A DNA stretch of 63,825 nt, counting the filler, from an uncultured bacterium (GTDB lineage: Bacteria > Auribacterota > CAZIXI01), in assembly GCA_964543115.1 (NCBI GenBank). It is 3 parts of 3 records of this genome, joined end to end, with 100 filler letters (N's around TTAATTAATTAA, not from the genome) between each part and the next. Parts side by side here need not be neighbours in the genome. Positions count along the whole stretch, not along the records: positions 1 to 23,632 come from CAZIXI010000019.1; 2 more parts are not named here. One strand, written 5' to 3'. The position numbers and the translations under genes were made by a program. The stretch's first letter is position 1, and every line of letters begins with the position of its first letter. The notes below the pieces were generated by a model that was not told where the DNA came from, searched no databases, and saw only the letters and a list, made by a program, of their open reading frames with translations. Below, piece by piece: positions 8,779 through 19,519 of the stretch.

Positions 8779-9845
8779 AATCATTGGCGCGCTACGCCTT
8801 TACTAACAGCCGAGTGCGGGCGTTGTTGGCTTCTCTTCTGAACGAGCATGATCTAGCCGGTCTCGTAGAAGCCCGTGATATTGATCAGGCAATAGAGCTA
8901 TTGAAGAACACAGAATACCGGGAGCCGGTAGCTGATTTCCGCGCAGGAAATGATCTGCAGGCACTAGAACGGCGATTAAGGGAAAATAGCATTCAGATTC
9001 ATAAAAGAATTGTCAAATCTCTTTCGGGGCCGCCCAGAGAACTAGTGTTCTTGTTGTTGAGTAGATATGAGGTTGAGGATTTAAAAAATATACTGCGTCT
9101 TTGGTATGGGTACGAGCCTTTAGCGGAAAGAAAAGTTTTAAATCAAGAACAGATTTGTTATTCCCTGCCGGTAGAAAAATTACTCAGTGCCGAATCAATA
9201 GAAGAGATTATTGTCCTCCTGGATCATTCACCTTATAAACAGGCCTTACTGGCCGGGAGAGATAAGTTTAAAGAAAAAGGCGCGCTGTTTTATTTAGAGG
9301 TTGCCCTGGATCAGGATTATTACAGGCGGCTTTGGGAAAAAATTAAGGATTTGGCCGTTATTGATCGGAGAAGGGCGGGTAAACTCCTGGGGATTGAGGT
9401 GGATATTGAGAATATTTCCTGCCTGTTGCGTTTAAAGCAGTATTATAAACTATCATTGGCAGAGGTTACGTCTTGTCTTCTTCCGGGCGGATGCCGGGTT
9501 AAGATTCCGCATGTCAAAGATTTTTACGCCAATAATGATATTAAAGTACTGCTCAAAGATTTATCAGCGGTCTCTTATACGGCAATAGAGGCACTGGCAG
9601 AAGCAGCTAGCAGGGATAATAAATCAGGCGCGCTCTTGCTTGAGGCCCTACTGCAGCAGATTCTGCTTAAGGAAGTGAAGCATATCCTGGCCGGTTACCC
9701 GTTCACGATTGGAACGGTAGTTTCGTATTTAATTTTACAACGCCTGGATATGAAAAATATTGTTTGTTTACTTTATAGTAAGTTCTATGAACGGTCAGCG
9801 GAACGAATCAGGAAGAAACTGATCACTGATAAACTCGTTGTATAA
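8775..9845 (+). CDS. V/A-type ATPase subunit C (AhaC/d)
   Basis: YAFTNSRVRA start, LEVALDQDYY, VDIENI, GYPF motifs; position in operon. Confidence 0.85.
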   Translation: MKSLARYAFTNSRVRALLASLLNEHDLAGLVEARDIDQAIELLKNTEYREPVADFRAGNDLQALERRLRENSIQIHKRIVKSLSGPPRELVFLLLSRYEVEDLKNILRLWYGYEPLAERKVLNQEQICYSLPVEKLLSAESIEEIIVLLDHSPYKQALLAGRDKFKEKGALFYLEVALDQDYYRRLWEKIKDLAVIDRRRAGKLLGIEVDIENISCLLRLKQYYKLSLAEVTSCLLPGGCRVKIPHVKDFYANNDIKVLLKDLSAVSYTAIEALAEAASRDNKSGALLLEALLQQILLKEVKHILAGYPFTIGTVVSYLILQRLDMKNIVCLLYSKFYERSAERIRKKLITDKLVV

Positions 9846-9854
9846 ACCGAACAG

Positions 9855-11822
9855 GTGCGAACAATGCTCACACCGGAAAAAATGGAACAACTGAATTTGG
9901 TAGTGTTGGATACCGATATTGATGCGGTTACTAAAGAAATAGTGCGTTCAGGCGTAGTGCATTTAATAAACAGCTCTGAGGTGCAGCCCTGGGCCGCGGA
10001 GATGTCGGCAGTGCAGACTGAGCGCCAGAGCGGCAAAGATGCGGAATTACTTAGGCGGATAACAACGCTTAGTCAGAGAGCTGATCTTGTGTTGACGGAA
10101 ACCGCTGCCGCCACAATGGCCGGGAAGGTGACGGAAGAGGAAGTGGATAATAATCTGCAGTCAATCGAAGCAGCTTTAAATCCATTATTAATGCAGTGTG
10201 TGCTAAAACAGGAAGCATTAGCCAGGCAGGAACAGTTATTGGACCAGGTACGTGTATTTGGTTCACTGGCTGATATGGCGGGGATAAAAACGAGACATTC
10301 GTTTATAGCGATAGAGACAGGTAAAGTGGTTGAAGCCGCCGTGGGGCTTATCCAGCGGGAATTGGCTCCTATTCCGCACGTGTTGTTACCATATCGGGTA
10401 GATGAAGGTCAGGCCCTGCTCTTAATTGTTGTCTTGAAGAAGGATAAGGTAGTGCTGGATAATGTCCTGGCTAAGAGTGCCTGGGAGAAGATGGATTTAC
10501 CGCCGGAAGCCGCCCAGATTACCGGAGACGTGCAACAGGAAATTAAGGGGCGGATTAACAAACTGCAAAAAGACATTGCCGGCTTGAAGGCCCAGCTGGG
10601 AGAGACCAAGACAAAGTATTTGCCGGAATTGAGTCGTTATCAGCAGGAGCTCCGGGCCAGATTGGTTTTAAGCGGTGCCCGCTCATTTTTTCGCAAAACG
10701 GGCCGTAGTTACCTTATTTCCGGATGGATTCCGCTGCGGCAGAAAGCAGAACTTATTAATCATCTCCAGAGAATTACCGAAGGCCGTTGTTATGTCGAGG
10801 GACTGCTCCCCGAACAGGTAACAGGTGTGCGGGAGGGAAAAACACAGGTCCCTGTTAAATTTAACAATCCTTCTTTTTTAAAGCCGTTTGAATTCCTGAC
10901 GGCTATTTTCGGTCTGCCTGCCTATAAGACAATCGATCCGACTATTTTTGAGGCGATCACTTTTTTTATTATGTTTGGCCCAATGTTTGGCGATGTCGGT
11001 CATGGGCTTGTATTAGGAATATTAGGCATATTATTTATCAGAAGCAAGCGGGCGGCTTTACCGAAAATCGGCGGCTTATTGATATATTGCGGGATTTCTT
11101 CCTTAATTTTTGGCGTGCTCTATGGCAGTTATTTTGGCTTGGAAAATATTATTCCGCCGTTATGGATGCATCCCCTGCATAACATTATGCGTTTTGTATT
11201 TTTGGCCCTGGCCTGGGGGGTAATTGTTATAAGCATTGGGATTATAATTAATATTATCAATGCCATCAGGTTACGTGATCCGGAAAAAGGAATTTTTGAT
11301 AAGGCCGGCCTGATTGGCGGGTTGATATACTGGGGCTGTATTGGGCTTATCTGCTTAGCCCTTAGCGCAAAAGGGATTACGATCAATCCCCTCTTAATTA
11401 TTAGTATCATTGGAGTGCCGATTTTGCTATTATTTCTCAAAGGCCCGATAATAAAATTGCTTCATCCGCATAAAGAGGTATTTCCGGATGGGATTTTTTC
11501 TTACTTTCTGGATACCTTGGTTGAATTAATGGAGATATTTATTGGTTATCTGGCCAATACTGTCAGTTTTATCCGGGTAGCGGCCTTTGCCCTGGCCCAT
11601 GTCGGTTTATTTATCGCGGTTTTCACTTTAGTGGATATCGTTAAGGAAAAACCCGGAGGCCTGCTCTATTCTACTATTATTCTGATCTTAGGAAATATTT
11701 TGATTATTGGTTTAGAAGGACTAATTGTAACGATCCAGGGATTGCGGCTGGAATACTATGAGTTTTTCTCAAAATTTTTTACCGGCGGCGGCCGGGAATA
11801 TCATCCGGTAAAATTCGGTTAA
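9855..11822 (+). CDS. V/A-type ATPase subunit I (a)
   Basis: DPT, MFGDVGHG, essential Arg in SFIRVAAF, LRLEYYEFFSKFF. Confidence 0.93.
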   Translation: MRTMLTPEKMEQLNLVVLDTDIDAVTKEIVRSGVVHLINSSEVQPWAAEMSAVQTERQSGKDAELLRRITTLSQRADLVLTETAAATMAGKVTEEEVDNNLQSIEAALNPLLMQCVLKQEALARQEQLLDQVRVFGSLADMAGIKTRHSFIAIETGKVVEAAVGLIQRELAPIPHVLLPYRVDEGQALLLIVVLKKDKVVLDNVLAKSAWEKMDLPPEAAQITGDVQQEIKGRINKLQKDIAGLKAQLGETKTKYLPELSRYQQELRARLVLSGARSFFRKTGRSYLISGWIPLRQKAELINHLQRITEGRCYVEGLLPEQVTGVREGKTQVPVKFNNPSFLKPFEFLTAIFGLPAYKTIDPTIFEAITFFIMFGPMFGDVGHGLVLGILGILFIRSKRAALPKIGGLLIYCGISSLIFGVLYGSYFGLENIIPPLWMHPLHNIMRFVFLALAWGVIVISIGIIINIINAIRLRDPEKGIFDKAGLIGGLIYWGCIGLICLALSAKGITINPLLIISIIGVPILLLFLKGPIIKLLHPHKEVFPDGIFSYFLDTLVELMEIFIGYLANTVSFIRVAAFALAHVGLFIAVFTLVDIVKEKPGGLLYSTIILILGNILIIGLEGLIVTIQGLRLEYYEFFSKFFTGGGREYHPVKFG

Positions 11823-11844
11823 GATAGTGAAAAGGAGGTGTTAG

Positions 11845-12222
<378 letters not shown>

Positions 12223-12232
12223 TAATAAATAG

Positions 12233-12538
12233 ATGAAATTTTTTGTTGTTGGTGATGAGGATACGGTAATGGGATTTCGCCTGGTCGGTGTGGAGGGCCG
12301 GGTGGCCCGAAGTTTGCCGGAAACGCGGCAGGCGTTTCAGGCCGCTGTTTCTACGCCTGATGTGGGTATTATTATTATTACTGAACGGTTGGCCCGGGAT
12401 ATACGGGAACAGGTAGACCGGTATATTTACGAAAATGAATTTCCACTTGTGGTGGAAATTCCTGATCGTCACGGACCACTACCGGGAAGAAAATCTATTT
12501 CCGAAATGATCAATGACGCAGTGGGACTGAGAGTATAA
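12233..12538 (+). CDS. V/A-type ATPase subunit F
   Basis: VVGDEDTVMGFRLVGV, PLVVEIP. Confidence 0.93.
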   Translation: MKFFVVGDEDTVMGFRLVGVEGRVARSLPETRQAFQAAVSTPDVGIIIITERLARDIREQVDRYIYENEFPLVVEIPDRHGPLPGRKSISEMINDAVGLRV

Positions 12539-12541
12539 AAG

Positions 12542-13153
12542 ATGAATAACGATAATTCTGCGGGAAAAATCTGCCAACAAATTCGCGAGGACTCGCAAAA
12601 GGAAGCGGAGGCCGTGATCCAGAAGGCCAACAGAAATGCCGGCTTAAGGATCAAGCTGGCGCAGGGTGAGGCCAAACGATACTTGAAAGAACAAAAAGCC
12701 CAGGCAGCCGAACAGGTGAAACAGATCGAACAAAAAGTGCTGGCCGGTGTTAAGCTGGAGACAAAGAGGATTGTCCTGCGGGCCAGGGAGAGGATTATTG
12801 ATACGATACTCCAGGAGATCCGCAAGAAAGGTGCTGAGTTCCGTCAGCAGAAGGAATATGAAAACTGGTTACTTTCAGTTATTGCTGAGGGAGTAAGAAA
12901 TATCGGGGAGAAGGAAGTGCTGATAGTGGTTAGCAAAGAGGATGCCACTTTTACTGCTAAAATAAAAAAGAGTATTGAGGGCAAAGCGGCAGTAGAAGTT
13001 AGGACCGATGAGGCCCTCCGGGATACAGGCGCGATTGTTAAGTCTGCCGATGGCCGGAAAGAGTTTGCTAACACGTTTTCTGTTCGCTTGGAGCGGATGC
13101 TGCCGAAATTGAGATTATTGATTGCAAAAGAAATCTTTAGAGGCGAGGAATAA
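12542..13153 (+). CDS. V/A-type ATPase subunit E
   Basis: N-terminal coiled coil, C-terminal GAIVKS..G...NTFS.RL. Confidence 0.85.
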   Translation: MNNDNSAGKICQQIREDSQKEAEAVIQKANRNAGLRIKLAQGEAKRYLKEQKAQAAEQVKQIEQKVLAGVKLETKRIVLRARERIIDTILQEIRKKGAEFRQQKEYENWLLSVIAEGVRNIGEKEVLIVVSKEDATFTAKIKKSIEGKAAVEVRTDEALRDTGAIVKSADGRKEFANTFSVRLERMLPKLRLLIAKEIFRGEE

Positions 13154-13162
13154 TATTTATTT

Positions 13163-14914
13163 ATGCAAAATGTGATTGGTCATGTCAGTAGAGTAGTTGG
13201 TCCGCTCGTAGAGGCACGGGGTGTAAAAGGTGCCCAGATGCTGGAGTTGGTTCAGGTAGGTGAACAGCGTCTGGTGGGTGAGATTGTCCGCCTGCAGGGT
13301 GAACAGGTGTCTATTCAGGTCTATGAAGAAACTACCGGTCTGGCTCCTGGAGTACCGGTTTATGGTTCTGGAATGCCATTGAGTGTGGAGCTGGGGCCGG
13401 GCTTGATGGGTACGATCTATGATGGGATTCAGCGTCCGTTAACGGTGATTCGGGAAAAATCCGGTCCTTATATTCAGCGGGGTGTTCATATTCCCTCATT
13501 ATCCAGGGACAAGGAATGGACCTTTCATCCACAGGCAAAGAAAGGCCAGGAGGTTAATGGCGGTGATCTTATTGGTATTGTTAAGGAAACAGCATTCATT
13601 GAACATCGCATTCTGGTTCCACCGCGCCTTAAGGGAAAGGTTAAAACAATAGTTCCTGTCGGTAATTATCAGTTGGAAGAGACAATGGCTGTTTTAACAA
13701 CTGCCAGCGGTGAAGTTCCCTTGAGCATGTATCACCGTTGGCCTGTTCGGCAGGGCCGGCCGTTTAAAGAAAGAGTGCCTGGAAAGACACCTCTTTTGAC
13801 CGGACAGCGGGTTATTGATACTCTATTCCCGATTGCCAAAGGGGGAGCGGTGGCCGTGCCCGGCGGTTTTGGTACTGGGAAGACTATGATTCAGCATCAG
13901 CTGGCTAAATGGTGTGACGCGGATATTATTGTTTTTATTGGCTGTGGGGAACGGGGAAACGAGATGACGGATGTATTATTAAATTTCCCGCAGCTCTTGG
14001 ATCCCCGTACGGGTAAATCGCTAATGGAACGAACGATCTTTATTGCCAATACTTCAAATATGCCGGTAGCGGCCAGAGAAGCAAGTATTTATACCGGCAT
14101 TACGCTGGCTGAATATTACCGGGATATGGGGTATAACGTTTCGGTAATGGCGGATAGTACCTCACGCTGGGCGGAGGCCTTAAGGGAACTTTCCGGGCGG
14201 ATGGAAGAGATGCCGGCGGATGAAGGATTTCCTGCCTATTTACCCACACGATTAGCGGAATTTTATGAACGGGCGGGGGTGGTAGAGACCCTGGGTGGAC
14301 GGGAAGGATCCATTTCCATTATTGCCTCTGTTTCCCCCCCGGGAGGAGACTTTTCTGAACCGGTAACGCAACATACTAAACGCTTTATCCGCTGTTTTTG
14401 GGAACTGAACCGGGAACTGGCTAATGCCCGGCATTATCCTTCAATCAGTTGGTTAGATAGTTATTCAGAATATGTTAATGAAATAGCTCCCTGGTGGGAG
14501 ATAAATATCGATCCGGAATGGCGGCATTTGCGTAATCAGATTTTGGAATTGTTACAAAAAGAAGGTCGCCTGCAGCAGGTAGTGAAATTGGTTGGTCCGG
14601 ATGTTTTGCCGGATACTCAACGCCTGATTCTGGAGACCTGTACCATGTTCAAGAACGCCTTCTTGCAACAGAGTGCCTTTGATGAAATTGATACCTATAC
14701 TGTTGCCCAGAAACAGGTGCGGATGCTGCGCATTATCCTGGCCTTTTATTATAAGGGCCTGCAGGCCCTCAGGAAAGGCGCGTACCTGATGCAGCTTAAA
14801 CGGTTAACGGCTTATCAGGATATAATGAAAATGAAATTTTCCATTGCTAACGACCAGCTGGCAAAATTGGATAAGTTGCTGGAGGATCTGGAAAAGGAGA
14901 TGCGGGTTTTGTAA
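13163..14914 (+). CDS. atpA: V/A-type ATPase catalytic subunit A
   Basis: P-loop GGFGTGKT, GCGERGNE, ADSTSRWAEALRE. Confidence 0.97.
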   Translation: MQNVIGHVSRVVGPLVEARGVKGAQMLELVQVGEQRLVGEIVRLQGEQVSIQVYEETTGLAPGVPVYGSGMPLSVELGPGLMGTIYDGIQRPLTVIREKSGPYIQRGVHIPSLSRDKEWTFHPQAKKGQEVNGGDLIGIVKETAFIEHRILVPPRLKGKVKTIVPVGNYQLEETMAVLTTASGEVPLSMYHRWPVRQGRPFKERVPGKTPLLTGQRVIDTLFPIAKGGAVAVPGGFGTGKTMIQHQLAKWCDADIIVFIGCGERGNEMTDVLLNFPQLLDPRTGKSLMERTIFIANTSNMPVAAREASIYTGITLAEYYRDMGYNVSVMADSTSRWAEALRELSGRMEEMPADEGFPAYLPTRLAEFYERAGVVETLGGREGSISIIASVSPPGGDFSEPVTQHTKRFIRCFWELNRELANARHYPSISWLDSYSEYVNEIAPWWEINIDPEWRHLRNQILELLQKEGRLQQVVKLVGPDVLPDTQRLILETCTMFKNAFLQQSAFDEIDTYTVAQKQVRMLRIILAFYYKGLQALRKGAYLMQLKRLTAYQDIMKMKFSIANDQLAKLDKLLEDLEKEMRVL

Positions 14915-14968
14915 AGAAATTTATTTGAATTTATAATTTAAATATTTACGAGCAAAGCGAGTTATTTT

Positions 14969-16363
14969 ATGACCTCAGAGAAACGTAATATATCAGGAAT
15001 AGAGTATAAGGGTATCCAGGAAGTGGTGGGTCCGCTCGTTATAATCGAAGGTGTGCACAATGTTGGCTATAACGAATTAGTCTCCGTAATTGATCGGGAG
15101 GGAAACACGCGTCTGGGTGTGACCCTGGAAGTGGCTGAGGGAAAAGCGGTGGTAGAGGTTTTTGGCGGGACCAGCGGTTTATGTTTACCGGAAACAAAAG
15201 TTAAATTTACAGGCCAGCCTTTAATGGTAGGTGTTTCCCAAAGTATGCTGGGCCGGGTATTTAACGGTCTGGGCCGGCCGCTGGATGGGATGCCGGAGGC
15301 GATAATTGAGGAATATCGGGATGTTAACGGCCTCCCGATAAATCCCACTGCCAGACGCTATCCGCGTGATATCATTCAGACCGGTATCTCTTCTGTGGAT
15401 GTAATGAATACTTTGGTGCGGGGCCAGAAGCTGCCGATTTTCAGCGGTAGTGGCCTGCCCCATGATCTTATTGCCGCGCAGATTGCCCGTCAAGCCAGGG
15501 TGGTTGGCCAAGAAGAAGGTTTTGCGGTGGTTTTTGCCGCCATGGGCGTGAAAAACGATATTGCCCAGTTTTTTATGGATACTTTTCAGCAGGCGGGTGT
15601 AATGGATAAAGTAGTTTTATTTCTTAGTCTTGCTGATGCTCCTTCGATAGAACGCCTGGTCACTCCGCGTACCGCGCTTACACTGGCAGAGTATTTAGCT
15701 TTTCAGGCAGGGATGCATGTTTTGGTTATCCTTACCGATATGACGAATTATGCCGAATCCTTGCGGGAGATTTCCACGATTAGAGAAGAGATTCCTTCCC
15801 GCAAAGGTTATCCGGGCTATCTTTATAGTGATCTGGCCGGTATTTATGAACGGGCCGGGATGATTGAAGGGAGTGAAGGATCAATTACCCAGGTGCCGAT
15901 TATTGCCATGCCCAATGATGATATTACCCATCCGATACCCGATCTCACGGGTTTTATTACAGAGGGACAGATTGTTCTGGACCGTGAACTGTATCAATGC
16001 GGTATTTATCCGCCCATAGCCGGATTGCCTTCACTGTCGCGATTGATGAAAGATAGTATTGGAGCCGGTCTGACGCGAGAGGATCATCCGCATTTGGCCA
16101 GTCAGCTATATGCCGCCTATGCCCATGTTAAAGATGTTCGGGCCCTGGCCTCGGTTATCGGGGAAGAAGAACTGGCACCGCTAGACCATCAATATTTAAA
16201 GTTTGGTGAGGTGTTTGAGCGGGAATTTCTGCATCAGGGAATAGAAGAGAACAGATCCTTAGAGCAGAGTTTAAATTTAGGCTGGCAGGCCCTGTCCAAA
16301 TTACCAAAAGAAGAGTTATACCGTTTAACAGAGGAAGAAATAAGCAAGTATTATGGGAAATAA
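14969..16363 (+). CDS. atpB: V/A-type ATPase subunit B
   Basis: [45 protein letters not shown]. Confidence 0.97.
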   Translation: MTSEKRNISGIEYKGIQEVVGPLVIIEGVHNVGYNELVSVIDREGNTRLGVTLEVAEGKAVVEVFGGTSGLCLPETKVKFTGQPLMVGVSQSMLGRVFNGLGRPLDGMPEAIIEEYRDVNGLPINPTARRYPRDIIQTGISSVDVMNTLVRGQKLPIFSGSGLPHDLIAAQIARQARVVGQEEGFAVVFAAMGVKNDIAQFFMDTFQQAGVMDKVVLFLSLADAPSIERLVTPRTALTLAEYLAFQAGMHVLVILTDMTNYAESLREISTIREEIPSRKGYPGYLYSDLAGIYERAGMIEGSEGSITQVPIIAMPNDDITHPIPDLTGFITEGQIVLDRELYQCGIYPPIAGLPSLSRLMKDSIGAGLTREDHPHLASQLYAAYAHVKDVRALASVIGEEELAPLDHQYLKFGEVFEREFLHQGIEENRSLEQSLNLGWQALSKLPKEELYRLTEEEISKYYGK

Positions 16364-16371
16364 CTTACAAT

Positions 16372-16437
16372 TTTGGATTTCGGATTTTGGATTTCGGATT
16401 TTATTTAATCTGCAATCCGCAATCTGCAATCCACAAT
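16372..16437. repeat. Inverted heptamer arrays TT(T/C)GGAT x4 and AATC(T/C)(G/A)C x4
   Basis: Units at 16372-16399 and 16407-16434, arms roughly complementary (GGATT/AATCC), in the atpB-atpD spacer. Confidence 0.85.
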
Positions 16438-16449
16438 TTGAAAACAGCA

Positions 16450-17091
16450 ATGCCTAAGTTCAAACTAGCACCTACTAAGAGCAATCTATTGACGATAAAG
16501 CAGAACCTGGAGTTTGCCCACGAAGGCCATGATTTATTGGAGCAAAAAAGGCAAATCCTGATAGCGGAACTAATGGCGCTTACGGATCGGACCAAATCAA
16601 TTCAGAACCAGGTAGACGAGATATTGAAACGGGCCTATCGGGCCCTGGAAGAGTCGGTAACCAGAATGGGCAAGGATGCGCTCAGGCAGGCCGCCTACGC
16701 GGTAAATATAAAAGCCGTAATTTCTTGTTCCCAGCGCGGGGTTATGGGTGTTGAGGTGCCCGTTGTTACTACCCGGCTGAATGACCAGCCGCCTTATTAT
16801 AGTCTTTTCGGAACTAGTTTTTGGTTGGATGAAACAGTAACTTGTTTTAAAGAGGTTTTGGGGCTTATTGGCAAGCTGGCGGAGGCCAGAATTTCGGTGT
16901 TGCGCCTAGCCCGGGAAGTAAAAAGAACGATCCGCCGGGTGAATGCCTTAGAGAAAATATTTCTTCCTGATTATCGGGATACATTGAAATATATTGAAGA
17001 TACTCTCGCCGAGCAGGAAAGGCAGTCATTTTTTGCTGCTAAACTAGTTCGGCAAAGGCTGAAAAATACAGCGAAGCAGTCCCAGCAATAA
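16450..17091 (+). CDS. atpD: V/A-type ATPase subunit D (ATG 16450 preferred; the longer ORF start lies in the repeat)
   Basis: PTKSNL, GHDLLEQKR, RRVNALE motifs. Confidence 0.93.
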   Translation: MPKFKLAPTKSNLLTIKQNLEFAHEGHDLLEQKRQILIAELMALTDRTKSIQNQVDEILKRAYRALEESVTRMGKDALRQAAYAVNIKAVISCSQRGVMGVEVPVVTTRLNDQPPYYSLFGTSFWLDETVTCFKEVLGLIGKLAEARISVLRLAREVKRTIRRVNALEKIFLPDYRDTLKYIEDTLAEQERQSFFAAKLVRQRLKNTAKQSQQ

Positions 17092-17211
17092 TATATACCA
17101 ATTGAATGGGACAGCGAAGCAGTCCCAGCAATAATATATACCAATTGAATGGGACAGCGAAGCAGTCCCAGCCATAATATATACTAATTGAATGGGACAG
17201 CGAAGCAGTCC
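17068..17211. repeat. 43-bp tandem repeat, about 3.3 copies, hairpin GGGACAGCGAAGCAGTCCC at unit junctions
   Basis: Units start at 17068, 17111, 17154, 17197; near-identical. Confidence 0.95.
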
Positions 17212-17335
17212 TACAAACGGAAAATATTGCTAAAAAAAGAAAATCTTGCTAGTTTGTAGTAAATAGTAGTTGTTTTGTCGTATATCTGGTAGTATTTATT
17301 CTGCTCCTTGTCTGTGGTATTTAATGGAAGGTATA

Positions 17336-17821
17336 ATGGCCAGTCCAGTTAAAAAAATATTGGTTACCATTGCCGGAGGGGAGGCATCAATTATTACGGC
17401 TAAATACGGTATCTGTATGGCCAAAACACTGGCTGTGGAACTTTATGTTTTATATGTAGTCAATATGCGGGCCTTGGATGATTTATTGCGGGCCCAGGTA
17501 TTTGTACAGGAAGAAGAAATGGAATACGAGCAGGAATTAGAGGAGCAGGGGAAGCGGTATCTTAACGTAATTAAAGAACTTGCCGAAGCCAAGGGTGTAA
17601 AGATCGTCTCCCTGCTTGGTAAGGGGATTGTTCACGAAGAAGTTATCAAAAAAATCAAGGAGCAGGAAATCGATCTGTTGGTGATGGGCGAATTAAAAGA
17701 ATTGGCCTCCCGCCGGGATTCATTCTATGATACCGGTGAACGGATTTTCCGGGAAGCTAAATGCCCGGTATTAGTGGCTAAAGGCATGGAGCGGATAGAG
17801 CGGATGTACGAGGAATTATAA
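17336..17821 (+). CDS. Universal stress protein (UspA family)
   Basis: KKILV start, LYVLYVV, DLLVMG, AKCPVLV; GGAAGG RBS before ATG 17336. Confidence 0.88.
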   Translation: MASPVKKILVTIAGGEASIITAKYGICMAKTLAVELYVLYVVNMRALDDLLRAQVFVQEEEMEYEQELEEQGKRYLNVIKELAEAKGVKIVSLLGKGIVHEEVIKKIKEQEIDLLVMGELKELASRRDSFYDTGERIFREAKCPVLVAKGMERIERMYEEL

Positions 17822-17865
17822 ACGCAAAACTCAAAACTGAGTTTTGACATTTGAGTATTTCAGTT

Positions 17866-19431
17866 ATGAAAAAGAAAAAGGTAGTAATATTAGGCGGTGG
17901 ACCAAACCGAATCGGGCAGGGAATCGAGTTTGATTACTGTTGTTGTCATGCTTCTTTTGCCTTAAAGGAAGAGGAATATACCAGTATCATGGTCAATTGT
18001 AATCCCGAAACAGTGTCTACTGATTATGATACTTCTGACAAACTTTATTTTGAACCGCTGACGGTAGAAGATGTTTTAAATATTATTGAATTGGAAAAAC
18101 CCCTGGGAGTGATTGTCCAGTTTGGCGGCCAGACACCTTTAAATCTTAGTGTGCCGCTGGCCAAAGCCGGGGTGAATATTTTGGGTACTTCTCCGGATGC
18201 CATTGACCGGGCGGAGAACCGCAAACGTTTTCAGGAGCTTGTGCGGAAGTTAGATCTCCTTCAGCCGGACAATGGCACAGCGACAAGTTATAAAGAGGCA
18301 GAAAAAATTGCCCGGGAAATTGGTTACCCGGTAGTGGTCCGGCCCTCCTATGTGCTTGGGGGACGGGCAATGGAAATTGTTTATGACCAGGCAGAACTGG
18401 CTGCCTATATGGTTAAGGCGGTAGCCGCTTCGCCGGAATATCCAATTTTGATTGATAAGTTTCTGGAAGACGCCATTGAAGTGGATGTGGATGCCATCAG
18501 TGATGGAAAGGCCTGTGTTGTGGCCGGGATCATGGAACATATTGAAGAGGCCGGCATCCATTCTGGGGACAGTGCCATGGTGCTGCCGCCTTACAGTATT
18601 AGTGAAGAAATGATTAATAAAATAAGAACCGCAACTAAGGCCCTGGCCCAGGAACTTGGGGTGCGTGGCCTGATGAATATTCAATATGCTGTTAAGCACA
18701 ATCAACTGTTTATCCTGGAGGTTAATCCCCGGGCCAGCCGTACGGTTCCTTTCGTTGGTAAGGTTACCGGTGTGCCCCTGGCCAATCTGGCCACTAAAGT
18801 CATGTTGGGGAAGACATTAGCGGAATTAGGATTTACCAAAGAGGTAAAAGTAGACCATATTGCCGTTAAGGAATCGGTATTTCCTTTCTTACGTTTTCCG
18901 GGGGTTGATGTTATTCTGGGCCCGGAGATGCGCTCTACGGGTGAAGTGATGGGTATTGACCGTACTTTTGGTTTGGCCTACGCCAAGAGCCAGATAGCGG
19001 CTAGCCAGCATCTTCCATTGACGGGTAATGTTTTTATTAGTGTTAAGGATCAGGATAAAAGAAATATAATCTTCTTAGCCAAACAATTACGTGATCTGGG
19101 TTTTGGAATATTGGCTACAGCCGGAACTGCCCGTGTTTTGCAGCAAAATGACATTGCGGTAAAAATTATTCCTAAATTACAGGAAGGAATCCGGCCTCAT
19201 ATTATTGATAGGATAAAGAATAATGAGGTTGCCTTGATGATTAATACTCCTCGAGGGAAGGCCACTAAAGTAGATGAAACGAAAATCCGTTCTTCGGCGT
19301 TGCTTTACGGAGTGCCGTTAGTCACCACCCTGGCCGGTGCCCAGGCCACCGTTAATGGAATTGAGGCATTGATTAAAAAAGAAATAACAGTAAACAGTAT
19401 TCAAGAGTATCATCAGGAAATAAAAAAATAA
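17866..19431 (+). CDS. carB: Carbamoyl-phosphate synthase large chain, C-terminal half only (one ATP-grasp plus MGS domain)
   Basis: Begins at KKVVILGGGPNRIGQGIEFDY (second half of CarB); RPSYVLGG, EVNPRASRT, MGS domain; in-frame TGA at 17845 just upstream. Confidence 0.9.
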   Translation: MKKKKVVILGGGPNRIGQGIEFDYCCCHASFALKEEEYTSIMVNCNPETVSTDYDTSDKLYFEPLTVEDVLNIIELEKPLGVIVQFGGQTPLNLSVPLAKAGVNILGTSPDAIDRAENRKRFQELVRKLDLLQPDNGTATSYKEAEKIAREIGYPVVVRPSYVLGGRAMEIVYDQAELAAYMVKAVAASPEYPILIDKFLEDAIEVDVDAISDGKACVVAGIMEHIEEAGIHSGDSAMVLPPYSISEEMINKIRTATKALAQELGVRGLMNIQYAVKHNQLFILEVNPRASRTVPFVGKVTGVPLANLATKVMLGKTLAELGFTKEVKVDHIAVKESVFPFLRFPGVDVILGPEMRSTGEVMGIDRTFGLAYAKSQIAASQHLPLTGNVFISVKDQDKRNIIFLAKQLRDLGFGILATAGTARVLQQNDIAVKIIPKLQEGIRPHIIDRIKNNEVALMINTPRGKATKVDETKIRSSALLYGVPLVTTLAGAQATVNGIEALIKKEITVNSIQEYHQEIKK

Positions 19432-19447
19432 CTCTGTCACTTTGTTA

Positions 19448-19493
19448 CCCCAGGCTTCGCCTGGGGCTGCTATAGAGGAATGGTTATAGACTG
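19448..19493. repeat. 46-nt double-hairpin mini element
   Basis: CCCCAGGC-TTC-GCCTGGGG CTGCTATAG..TATAGACTG; related copy at 45552-45596. Confidence 0.75.
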
Positions 19494-19519
19494 CTTTGTC
19501 ACTTAAGAGGAGGTACAGC

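Noticed and set aside
16387..16449. N-terminal extension of atpD (MDFGFYLICNPQSAIHN)
   Set aside because: Derived from the heptamer arrays; the subunit D pattern begins at ATG 16450
17068..17211. CRISPR array
   Set aside because: Units are near-identical over the whole 43 bp with no unique spacers, and no cas genes are present
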